NCBI RefSeq assembly: GCF_026571515.1
Contig: NW_026859416.1
Coordinates: 372,001-435,987 of the forward strand
From: Ruditapes philippinarum
Lineage: Eukaryota
Direction of reading: 5' to 3'
DNA: 63,987 nt
Positions within the stretch are counted from its first letter, which is position 1, and the number at the start of each line of letters is the position of its first letter. The translations under genes were made by a program, and so were the position numbers. Below the pieces are notes generated by a model. The model was not told the origin of the DNA and searched no databases. It was given only the letters and a program-made list of their open reading frames with translations. Positions 49,401-61,539 of this stretch are shown here, piece by piece.

Positions 49401-52400
49401 TTCGTAAGCTTTGAAAAGGAGATCCAAAATAGAATCATTTGGCAATTTGGACTGTATAAAGCGCGTGTGTTAATATGTTTGTCAATTATTGAATGTAAGA
49501 TAGCCAAATGTCTATGGAAGGACATTTTGTTTTATAACACGTGCTGGTATATTTATGAAAACAGTTCTCCTGAAGAATTGAACATGTGTATTGTTTGAAG
49601 TTAGATACATTTTTGATCTGTAGGTATCACTTTGATATGGAGAACAGTTACGATACATGTGTACTTGTTTTATTTCAATCATGTACAATGCTTTAATTAT
49701 ACAGAAAAGAAGTGTATGTTTCAGCCAAACAATGTGTGGACGATGAATCTGTAGATTGTGCACAAATGAACTCACTATTCAGTATTTGTAGTGACATTGT
49801 ACACGCAAAAAAAGTCTGCGCAAAATTCTGTGGACTCTGTACGGGTATGCTGTCTTCCTTACGATTGTTCATCTTTACAATAGTTTAAAAATAATGCAAT
49901 TAAATGCTTTATCTTGTTTTGAACTTTAATTGTGTATCAGATTGACGATCTGGTGAATTAAGTACTATATAGGTTATATTAATGATTTTTGAACTTTTTT
50001 CACAAGTGCTGAAATTAAGATAAGGATTAAGGCACTGGCAAAAACATAACATAAAAACATAATCATACCTTTCGATTTTCTTTGTAAGAAAACTTGTACT
50101 TCGGTATTTTCTCTCTAGAGACGTGAGCAATTAAAACGTTCATTTTATTATATTGGAGTACTAACGTCTAATCATATATCATGGAAAAAAAACCACTTAG
50201 TAAACTGATGTATCAAATATTTGTTAAAAACTAATTATTGTTCCATTATTTAGTTGACGGAAACTGGACTTTATGGTCATCTTGGTCCAAATGTGATGTT
50301 ACCTGTGAAAACGGACATCAAACTAGAGCAAGGACCTGTACGAATCCGGCACCACTAAACGGCGGTCTTGACTGTGTTGGGGACGGAATGATGACAAAAG
50401 TTTGTAGGAAAGATCAACCATGTCCAGGTAACTTCAATTCCAATATCAATGTTTATGTATTCTCAATAATGATAAAAGTAAAAAAGCTCAAATATAATTC
50501 AATAAATAATGATTAACCTTTTTCATAAGATTATTACTTTATCGATCAATTCATAGTGCATGGTGGATGGAGTGATTGGTCACAGTGGGGTACATGTTCA
50601 GTTACCTGTGGTATGGGAATGCAGCGTCGCACAAGGACCTGCTCTAATCCGCCACCAAATCTTGCTGGAAACCATTGTTTCGGAGATAACACAGAATCAC
50701 AACTTTGCATGCCTGCACCATGTGCCAGTGAGTAGTAACTACTAATAAATATTTTGAAATGTGAAAATGTGACATTGATACACGTTATTGTTGTCAATCT
50801 CTGGGAATATCCGGCATTCGTAAATGAAATTATGTCATGAAACAAAATAATACTTTAAGGGCTAGAACACGGAATGATTTCCAATTGTTAATTAAATTGG
50901 ACAGAAACAAATTCTATTTTTCTGATGTGTTTATCTATATTATAAAATCATATAGAAAAATAACTTGCAAAAATTGTACAAATAAACAGGACGAGTATTG
51001 AAAAAAGTACTTTTAAGAAAATAAGTGCCATCACTATAAACAAATTTAAATTGATACCTTTCAAACATTGAGCTTGTCATTCTTCATACGTTGCAAAAGC
51101 AAAGTCTTGCTAATTGATAGAATTAGCTGTGAATTTGATGATAAACAACAAAGTATATTACAACATAATTTTAAGATTTTATGCAGATGGTGGTTGGAGT
51201 GACTGGAATTCATGGGGTACATGTAGTGCTACTTGTGGTGGAGGAATTAGGTCTCAAACTAGATCATGTTCGAATCCACCCCCGTCACCCTATGGACAAC
51301 CTTGTGTTGGATCAAATGACAGAGTGGAGTCTTGCTCTAATAATAACTGCGGTACTTTTTTATTTTATATAAAATACTATATCAACACAGTTAACAGATA
51401 CATTACCTATTTTCTTTCCATGTGTTGTTAAAATATTAACTTATTAGTTAAAAAAAATCATTTAAAAACAAGCGCATTTGTAATAGTCATTGTGTGGCTA
51501 AATATGTGTCAGTAGTTCATGTATTTATTTAACCTTTTCACATTTTGTTCATTCTGTAGATATGTCATTTACTCCTTTACAGAAACAGTACATTGTGTGA
51601 CCAATCAATGTGTACACGGTCAATGCTACGAAGTACTTCATGACTTCCTTTGTTTATGTCACCCTGGTTACGCTGGTCGATACTGTAATATATGTATGTC
51701 CTTATTTACAATGACATATATACAAAATTATATTTCAGCATTATAGCTTGTCTGATGATTACAAACAAAACTAGTTTCTACTTTTGATACTTATCCAAAA
51801 TATTAAAACGATTTTTTTTCTATGTAAAGGGTTCCCTACTCTCATTGCCTGAAGGGCGAATGGACCCCAATGTAGCTTAGAACACACTTATTATCTGTGT
51901 AAAATTATGTTCAAGAAGAAACGTGAACGATAAGTGATTTTTTTCCTTTTATTTTCTAAGAAAATTAGGATCAAAGTTTACATGTAAATAAGTTAATTTT
52001 ATACAAAATAGTTAACTGATAATTTTGTTAATATCATTTTATGCCTTGTATTTGCGAATGATGATATCTAAAACATAAATGTACCAATGATAAGAAAATA
52101 ATTAGATTTATCACATACCCGTGCCCCTTTTTCGACTACGTAAAACTGGGTTTGCACGGCTGTGCATATATTTTGACTTGACATCATTTGCGTTATACAA
52201 ACATACTGTCAAGACGAGTTTAATGTTAGCGTTACACTTTAGGCTCCTCAATGAAAGAAAGAAGATTCTTTTGCACTTTAAACAGTCTTTTTTCTTTTTT
52301 TTTTTTGGGGGGGGGGTGATAGATAGAATATTATATTTGTGTTGGCTCGCATAATATAATTTTATTTAACTCGTTCAATAAATGCAGTACTAAATCTAAA

Positions 52401-54756
52401 CTCATTTAATATCCTTTGTATATTTCATTTTGAAAAAAAATAAAACAACACTTAGTTTTGTCTTTGCATTGTTCTTTAAATATACAAAGATCTATATCTC
52501 TGTGTACCTGCTTGGTAAAAATCATTTCTTTCTGTCAAGGTAACATTGGACAGTACCTACTATATTTATATTTGTTACCTTTAAATAAATCAACTTCGAG
52601 AAAATGATATTCGTGTTGTTTGTTTCCATTGATTCAGTCTTGTGTTTTTCCAAACATGAATTCTTTCTTCTTGGATGTCTTTTAGCTTTATGGAATTATT
52701 TTTGCTCTCAAAATCCATGCAGTCATGGAACATGTGAACCAGGAATTTCTGACTATAAATGCAACTGTTTCAGTGGTTATACAGGAAAGAACTGTGAAAG
52801 CAGTAAGCTTTTTCACTTATTTTTGGTATCATTTTGTACTTGAATCAGAGTCTAAATTCTTATTTTCCTTTTTACTATAATTTGAAATTTTACCGATATA
52901 TAATAATGTAGGAATAGTTCATCGTACTCCTTTCAGTATATCATTGGTTCGATTCCGATCGGAAATGAAATTCTCTTTCAAGCTTCACTAATGTGATAAA
53001 TGATTGCTACTTGGATCACACAAAGGGCCAATTTTTTTATTGACTTATTGCACATGCTAGGTCTCATAAAGGTGATTCAACTTATTAAAAAAAAACAAAT
53101 ATAACAACTTCTTAGGTCACGTAACTGAAAAAAGATGGCATTGAATAATAAATCATAAAAAAGCAAAAGATCAACAATATTTTTAACTTATAGCAAACGC
53201 CACCGACTGTTACGATATACGTCATAAAAATATTGCGAGTAAAAGTGGAGTTTATAACGTCACCCTGTGGAGATCTAAAGTTGTTCGAGAGATATACTGT
53301 GACATGGAGACAGACAATGGTGGTTGGACGGTATGTGACATATATCATATCAACTTATTCATGTTTCAAAATATCGTAATGATCATAGGATTATACATCT
53401 AAAAACGTTTAACATATAGATAAAGAAACACATATCAAAAGACAAAAGGTTTTATTCTCGATAACTAAACGTACCATTTCATAAATAAGGCACTGATACA
53501 AATATAAAAAAACTCTCTTAGAATTTTCAAATATTCCTTATATAAAAGACTTTTTACAATTCATTTAACAGAAGAGGCGTAACTCATGATCAGTGGCAAT
53601 ATAAGTTTTGCTCACGTTGAGTTATTTCGCTTTTCAGCTTTACTTTTTGTTTTCGATCTCAGCAAAGTAATTGTTAATACTTTTACTTTTAAATTTCTGA
53701 CTCTCAATGTTTTTATTTTTTCAAGAATTATTTTAATAAAGTTTCAACAAAGTTTAGTTCATTTCAGACCATGTCTGAATACAGTATTTTCAGTATGAAA
53801 ATGACAGTACTGGTGCTTGTTTCTTAATATTGAGATGTCAACATTGTTGAATTTAACAAAACATTGTTTTAACAAAACATTGTATGCATAAATGCTTCTT
53901 TTATTCTGTTTTATATAATGATTGAAAACTTCCACAACCATGTGTTATTTGTTATGTTATAAGGCGGATGCTCCTCGTTGTCTATCACAAAAATAATTGG
54001 GGTGAACCCCAAATAGTTGTCTGAAGATAAATACTAAATTAATGTAGCACGAACATAGTATCCCTTTTGTTGTATTGATAGATGAACCTGCAAATGATCA
54101 CTCATGGCAGATATTAACGTACGAATGAATAGTATATCACTGAATATTTTCAATACAAAAACAACACACCAGACACACATAAAATCAAAGCTTGAGAAGC
54201 ACAATTGCATCTTCCATTATAATTCTATAATTCCAGGTTTTTCAAAATCGCTTTGATGGATCTTTAAATTTCACAAGAAGCTTTAAAGAATATACAGACG
54301 GATTTGGTAGCTACTCAGGAGAGTTCTGGCTAGGTAAATACATTGGTTGCATGCATGCTATATATACATGTATATGTTAAGATGTTATGGTAATTATTAA
54401 ATAAAAGAAAATTTTCAAGAAAAAAATTATATTATTCTGCGTTTAAAATAAATAGACAAATTCATATAATTTGGGAACTTTTATGCATTGAAAGATTTCA
54501 TAGTTTTAAGTAGAACATTTAAAGTATTTTAGACATGTTGTGTTCGTTGATTAAGGAGAAACATGTTTTGATTTTAACTTAAATATTTTATAAGGATTAA
54601 AATACATAGAAGAAATGGCGGTCAGTTTAGCAACTGAACTAAGAATTGATTTGACAGCGGCTGACAACTCAAGTGCTTACGCAGTATTTCGAAACTTTCA
54701 TCTTGGTTCATCACCTGGATATGAACTCCATATAGACAAAGGAACTGGAACAGCAG
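46466..54756 (+). CDS. Secreted mosaic fibrinogen-related protein: SP - Ly6/uPAR - ShKT - 3xTSP1 - 2xEGF - FReD (3' end not found in window)
   Basis: Exons: 46466-46514 ([16 protein letters not shown]); 47484-47563, 48069-48125, 48936-49062 (LECLSC...[11 protein letters not shown]); 49725-49844 (CVDDESVDC...CAKFCGLC); TSP1 50254-50427, 50557-50727, 51187-51351 (WSxWxxCSxTCG); EGF 51583-51693, 52686-52802; FReD 53194-53330 (DCYDI...[12 protein letters not shown]), 54237-54333 ([12 protein letters not shown]...GFG...EFWLG), 54595-54756. All junctions GT-AG and in frame. Confidence 0.9.
48210..48362 (+). mobile_element. SINE body/tail fragment (related pieces at ~25980-26170, ~45545-45695 and ~4465-4510 on the minus strand)
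   Basis: ATCCAGCTAGCTTATGGAACGTCAGTGG...CTGGAAAGTCGCCATATGAC...GTCGGTGCGAC resembles a mollusc tRNA-SINE as I recall it; not verified. Confidence 0.5.
52107..52420 (+). repeat. Dispersed IR + hairpin element, copy C
   Basis: TATCACATACCCGTGCC...TTGCACGGCTG...TTTTGAC.TGACATCATTTG shared with copy A. Confidence 0.7.
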
Positions 54757-55924
54757 GTTTTAATAAGTGTTTTATTCCCCTACCCTATCTACCGGATATC
54801 AGTGTATATTGAATTACTGAAACAATTTTTATGAATGCTTACCAACAATTTTGGAAACCTTTAGTGCTTTTCATACCACTTACATGTATATTAAATATTT
54901 TCTCCAAAGTTATCATTAATGGAAATAACAATGAAGATATTGATATAATCACGCATTAAATTGAAATATAATCGTCAATACGGATAATATTTCATCTATA
55001 AAAATTGATTGTGCTTACCTTTAAAGTTTAGGAAGGCATGTTGATAAATGCATGGCTCACCATTTCATACGTAATTTCTGTAAAGATGATACACAGGCGT
55101 CAGCTTATCTGTTTTAATTGCAATAACATAAATTTGTAAATAGTCAGAGAGCAATTATTTGACATACAATCAACTCTATAAAGTTTCACTATCCAGTGCT
55201 ACTTTGAACGTAACATTATGTATTCAAAAAAGCAAACACCTTGTTCTTTGGTTTTATTTGAATGAGGCATCTCTCCAATGACAAGACAAACATCAATGTG
55301 ATACAAATAATAAATACCGCTGAAATATTATTAATATCACGTAAATCCATTACCAGCAAAATTGTTATGAGACAAATTATAAGTGTGATAGAGATCATAA
55401 TTTTTATTTAATTGATAGCTAGTTTCCAGATTTTAATTTGACGTCTAAAATATCAAATAATTGTTACGTGATAATGTTGCTATTAACATAATCATAACCT
55501 TTTTTATCTTATGATATGATGTATAAACATTTAACCTTTTTCACATTCTACATGTATGTGATGCATACATTTACCGCTTTCGGTGCCTTTCTGTCCGTTC
55601 AGCCTACAATTTAGTATGAAAGTTAACGGGACATGATACATATATGTATGCTAAAATCATATATGTTGTAAGGCAAAGGCACATATGTTACTAAAAAGGC
55701 ACAATGTGTCTAGACCAATTAATTGAAATAACATAATTTTCTTTTATAAGATGACACATAGCATGAGTGTTATGCCATCTAAAATAACTTAATTTTGTAG
55801 CATTATTTACCGAATAGTTTATAGTCGAGCATTAACAAAGACGGACCTCGGCAATGCCTTGAAATGAAATGTCAACGTTTTACACTTTATAATCAACCAT
55901 ATAACCCCTTCCAACAGGAAATAC

Positions 55925-56965
55925 GTATGAGCTTACCCGAAGACAATGTCCTCAGGGTGAGCTTTTGTGAAGGCCCATTGTCCCCATCGTCCGTTCGTGA
56001 ATGTATCAACTATTTCTTTAAACAACTTCTCCTCCTACACCACTCGGCAAAATTTGTTGAATCTTGCAGGGATGTTCCTTGCATGAAGTTCTACCATAGT
56101 TGTTCAAAGAATTAAATTTCATAAATAACTCTGGTTACCAAGGCAACCGAAAGATTTTTTTAACAAAAATCTTTAAAAAAAAGTCTTAAAAAATCTTCTT
56201 GTAAATAAAAAGAAAAAGCAAAGGCTTAGATATTTGGCATGAAACATCTTCTAGTCAATGTCTACCAAGTTTGTTCAAATAAAAGCCCTAGGGTCAAAAG
56301 TAGCCCCGTCCAAGGGGCTATTGATTTTCCGTATATCTATATAGTAAGAAATTTTAAAAAATCATCTTGTGAAAATAAAAAAGTGGTAAAGCTTAAATAT
56401 TAAACATGACACATCTTCTAGCGTGACTTTACCAACGTTTGTTCATATAAATTCCTTAGGGTAAGTATTGGCCTCGCCCTAGGGGTCATTGATTTTCTTT
56501 TTATGTATATAGTAAAAACTTAAAAAACCTACTTGTGAAAATCTAAAAAGGTAGAGTTTAGATATTTGGCATGAAACATGTTCTAGAGGATGTCTACCAA
56601 GTTCTTTCAAATAAAAGCCCTAGGGTCAAAATTTGCCAGCCCCTGGGGTCATTATTTTTTCTTATTTGTATATAGTAAAAACTTTAAAATGTCCGTGTGA
56701 AAAACAAAAAGAAGTAGAGCTTAGATAACATGTTCTATTGGATGTCTTCCATATTTCTTCAAATAAAATCCCTAGGGTCAAAATTGACCCTGTCCCTGGG
56801 GGCAATTTATTTTGTATATATTTTAATAGTTAAAACTAAATCAAATATAATTTTGAAATTCCAAAAGGGCTAGTGTTTAGATATTTGGCATGAAAATCTT
56901 ATAATGGGTGTCTATCAAGTGTGTTCAAATAAAAACCCTAGGGTCAAAATTGGCACCGCCCCATG
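55925..56965 (+). mobile_element. HINE-like element with about five copies of a ~160-170-bp satellite-like unit
   Basis: Head GGTGAGCTTTTGTGA...CGTCCGT; units AGATATTTGGCATGAAACAT...CTACCAAG...CAAATAAAAGCCCTAGGGTCAAA. Confidence 0.75.
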
Positions 56966-57897
56966 TTGTTTTTTATAAGAATTATCTCACTCATTATAAG
57001 TTTTATAGTGCTTTGCTCTCACCCAATAATGACTTGCTCCTGCCCATTAGGAACAAAAATAATTTCTCTCTCAACCCTTAGTATTATTATCTGATAATTT
57101 TCGCACTCATTAAGTATTATATGATTCATTGTTATCACCAACTAGGATAAATTATGACATCTCTCTAAACCCTTTAAAGAATATATAATAGTTCTCTCAC
57201 TAATATTGTGTTTTATAGTGATTTGCTCTCAACCATTATGAGAATAATGACCTCTTTCAACCTTTAGGATAAGATATAATAGTTAATCAAATAATCAAAA
57301 GGATAATGTAAAAAATATCTCACTCATTATGTGTTTTATAGTGCTTTGCTCTAACCAATTATGCATTTTTTTACTTCTTTTAATACATAGTAGTAGAATA
57401 GACATCGGTCTGGCGCAACGACTGCGCATGCGCGGCACCATATTGGATTCTATATTTAGAGTGACATCATCGTTTTATTTTTAGAATGTGATCATTCGCC
57501 TATTTTTAGAAATTTATTTTTAATATCCCGGAAGTATACGAATCTGACTTGTATATCCGATCTAGGGCTTGAATCGCACACATTTGTAGTCAGGTCCTGG
57601 GCCCTTAGACGGAATTTAATATACCATCATTAAGATAAAAGAATGTTTGTAATTTTGATACGTTGCTTACATTTAATTTAATTTAAATAAACCAAAAATT
57701 TAATATGTTTCAAATGAATATTTTATAACCTTTGTAAAAATATTATTGTTTCTTTCCACATTCTAGTAGGAAAATGACTGTTTGGCGTCGCCGTTCCGTG
57801 TAAATGCGCATGTCCGATCTATTTTTAGTCGCGATATTGCCAATCCACAACGCGAGCAATTTCATAGCCCATTGGGGTGTCAATGAAAGAAAACGCA

Positions 57898-59612
57898 TTA
57901 AGTACAGTCGCCGCTTCAGTCTAGATTCACAATACCTATCGGACTATGTTGACAAAAACCCTTTAATCCTTCGTTACTAATATATAGCTTTTCATTTATC
58001 ATAAAGGTGCAAAAGAAATTTATTATCCTTTCAAACGCAGTGACGTTCAAGTAAAACTCATCAAACCAGAAATGGCTACGCACGCATTAACATATTTTAA
58101 CACTTGCATATAGTGTACCCCTTAATTAGGTTCCTTTTAGTGCATTGCTCGGTCAACTGAATGCAATATTTTAAACACGGTTTTGCCTTACAACTGGTCA
58201 AATTGTATGTGATGTAATGAACAACTCAGATCCTTTTATTTCTTACGAAATTGATTTTGAATTGAATATATACCTTATGTATACGAAACATGTAAATATT
58301 TTGAATTGAATGAAAATACACCTTTTGAATACTGTCTGTGATCATTTACTTGAAAGAGAAATTAAGCTTTAACCGGGTTTTCATCGTTTGGGCACGTTTA
58401 CGCTCAAATTTTTTGAGATAAAGTCGTCTCAAGATTAGAATCACCAAAATTTCGTTTTGACCCGGGGTTCTCGATTTTCGATTTTCAAGCGTTTCATTTA
58501 CGCAAGAGCGATTTTTAACCCCGAATTGCACACAAGTTCAATAAAAACGTTAGAGCTTTTACCATTGATGTCTCGCACACCTGGATAAAATATATTTTTT
58601 ATGGTCTATCTTTTATCGCTTTTGAGTAATTCGAGTTAAAGACACCGAAGTACGTTACGGAATTTCTAAAATTGATTTTCCAGTCATTAATTTATCGACT
58701 CATACTCTTGATATCGTTGGATAAGCATTTTACCACACTGTTACTGCTTATTCAAAAAAGCCATTGGACCGGAACTGAAAGCACTGAAACGTAAACTGTG
58801 TTTCTGCACCAGCATGACCGTGTTTTGTATTCAAATGAATGTCGTAAGCCGCATTTTGAATTACGACTAATACGAAGTTAAAATCACAATCATGCATACG
58901 CTTCTCATTAACTTTGAAAGAGTAAAATTAGTAACAAACACAAGACTTCAATATCCGTATTAACCCTAGTAAATTGTCAAAACTTATTAAGCAGTTAAGT
59001 AAATAACTGCTTGAACAATATAGTGAAAAAAAAATAATTAAACATGTCAAAATAAAGTACAGATAAAAGAACTAGTATACCAAATATCATTTAATATCAA
59101 ATAATTGATCAATACCACGAATTGACTTATATAAAAAAGACGATATTTTGATGCAAAATAAAATATAAACGTATTTTTTTTTAAACTAAACATTAAACCT
59201 CATAAAATTACAATACTTTTACCTGAAAATGTACTTTTGCTGACGAGTTCCATGCTAGGGCGTCAGTAATGACCCATATAAATGTTAATTGACTTATTGC
59301 GCATTGTCGACCGTTCTTTTTTACATAACGACATCATACGTGCTAGGCGTCTATTTATTATGGGCATTAAGTACAGCCGCCGCTCAGTCTAGATTCACAA
59401 TACCTAGCGGAACTATGTTGAACAAAAACCCTTTATCTTCGTTACTAAATATAGCTTTTCATTATTGACCAACACAAAAGATGAAAAGAATTCATTATCC
59501 ATTCAAACGCAGCGACCGTTAAGTACCGGCATCGCTTAGTCTAGATTTAAAATACCTAGCGGAACTATGTTGAACAAAACCCTTAATCCTTCGTTATTAA
59601 ATATAGCTTTTT
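57898..59612 (+). repeat. Three copies of a ~100-150-bp repeat (57898-58050, 59368-59518, 59519-59612)
   Basis: TTAAGTACAG.CGCCGCT.CAGTCTAGATTCACAATACCTA.CGGA.CTATGTTGA.CAAAAACCCTT... Confidence 0.8.
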
Positions 59613-59940
59613 TATGCGTAAATGGTTTACCTGGTGCGTGTCGGACAAAGTTATCAAATTGCGTTCATCAAACAACATTGAAAGTTAAAATAAAGCCAGA
59701 ACAACAGTTAATCAAAGCACAGAAAGCGCTGAATTTGTTTGGGTCTCAGAATGTCGAAAAGGTGAAGGTTGTGAGATTATAAATCAATTTGTTTTTGTTT
59801 AGTGCCACCAATGTTTTCCAGCGTTTTAATTGTACTTAATTGGCTATAAGATTAATTGCAACACTGATATTCAATTCAATGTTTATTTGACTTAAACAAT
59901 TTGAAAAAAAAATGAGTTGTCTTAACTGAGTTGTCTTAAC

Positions 59941-60000
59941 TTTGAACTCCAGACCTCTCGCTTCCTAAGGGAGAGCGCAAAACCCTCGGCCACGGTGGAG
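59941..60000 (-). mobile_element. tRNA-derived SINE head or tRNA pseudogene fragment
   Basis: Minus strand CCGTGGCCGAGGG (A-box-like) ... GGAGTTCAAA (B-box-like); no complete cloverleaf. Confidence 0.45.
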
Positions 60001-61539
60001 TTATATGTTAACGGCCTGAAGAAAACCATATTATTCTAACCCTTATTATTTCGACGCTAACTGTTGTTTAACAGAGGTGTAAATAATCATGGAGCATACT
60101 ATGAGCATGTATATCTATAACGAATAAAACAATATTATAGATCTTCGACCATTCGGGAACTATTTTGCTTGAAAATTAATGAGCCTGTCATTTGACCATC
60201 TTTACGCAGTGATCTCTCCTGATTTTTTCGGCATAAGTATACATATGAAGGGAAGTAACTGCTTCAAAAAAGCGGACTACTTTTCGGCATTTGCAATTAA
60301 CAGCATCAGGGACTGAAATTTCGCTACCATTATTTGTTTGGTCTGACGATCCAAACAAATAAAAATTACATTTTTTTTTGTACATGGATGGAAAGGTATG
60401 AATTTTTTTTCAGCAAAACATGCATAAAATTTTAACAGAAAAATGCGTTTTTTCGTCTTTTGTGCAACATTTTACGATATACATTTTGATTTTTTTCGCA
60501 TCAAATGATACACCTGCCATAATGCTTCGAAATAAACCCCAGGTTCTCGAATCGATTTCTAGCCGTTTTCGAATTATGGCCCTTTAGCGGTTTTTAAACC
60601 ATTTTTTTAAAGTCCATAAAACCCTTAGATTTATGTACCAATAGAAAGATCTCTGCGAGTAGATACAGAAAATGTTTTATTATATGGATCTATCTCTTAC
60701 CGTTTCTGAGATAGGAAAGTTTGAATATGGCAGACAAAATCACTCATGCGTATAAATACGTATAACTTTTTCGTTACTGGATATAACATAGGCATGTTGC
60801 ATTTCAAACGAAAGATCTTGACGAATGCTACAAGCTTGTACTGTTAAACCGGAAGTGAAATCACTCTTGCGTAAAAAATATTAAAATAACTAAAATAAGC
60901 TTACCCCAGTTTTAACTCCTTGCCTATTAAACTATTTATGACAAGTTACTATAGCCTATCGTTAATTGGTCCAGTTATGACAGGTTTAAACCGGTATTGC
61001 TATTTTTGATTAGCCAATGAAATTGAAGAACGATGACGTTTAAAAATAGACGGCCTCGTGTTAGAAACGTATTGATTTCTAAGTACTTCAGATTTGTGAA
61101 CGTTGTTAATGGCGTCAATATGTTACGCTACTTAACGCGACGTAAAATGTTTACGTCGACGTCATCATTTTTGTTTTGTTTTGTTATTGAGAATCTCGTC
61201 ATTTTAAATCTGGAACTTGATGTATTGAGACAAGTCAAAATCGGTTTGTTTAATTTAACAAAATAATGCAATTGTTTTAAAAGATAATTTACAGTAAGAT
61301 TAAAATTTAAAGGTACAAAAGTTTTTATTAGATTTATTGTGTAATTCATATATAATTTATTGATGATGTGAATGCTTTTATGTTTATTATTTATTACGAA
61401 GTACAAATTGTAAATGAATATTTCAGAGAATCGCTTATCAACGCTTATCAACGCTTATTGACGTTTATCAAGGAAATAAAAGTTAAAGGCGCATACTCGT
61501 TTTGATTTTATTTGAAGTAGAACCCAAGTTCCCGAACAA

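Noticed and set aside
49212-49598. 128-aa ORF
   Set aside because: Intronic, AT-rich, non-ATG start, no recognisable motif.
57395-57825. Possible DNA transposon with AATAGA...TCTATT ends
   Set aside because: The inverted match is too short and degenerate and no TSD was found.
59941-60000. Functional tRNA gene
   Set aside because: T-arm and acceptor 3' half are missing; treated as a SINE or pseudogene fragment.
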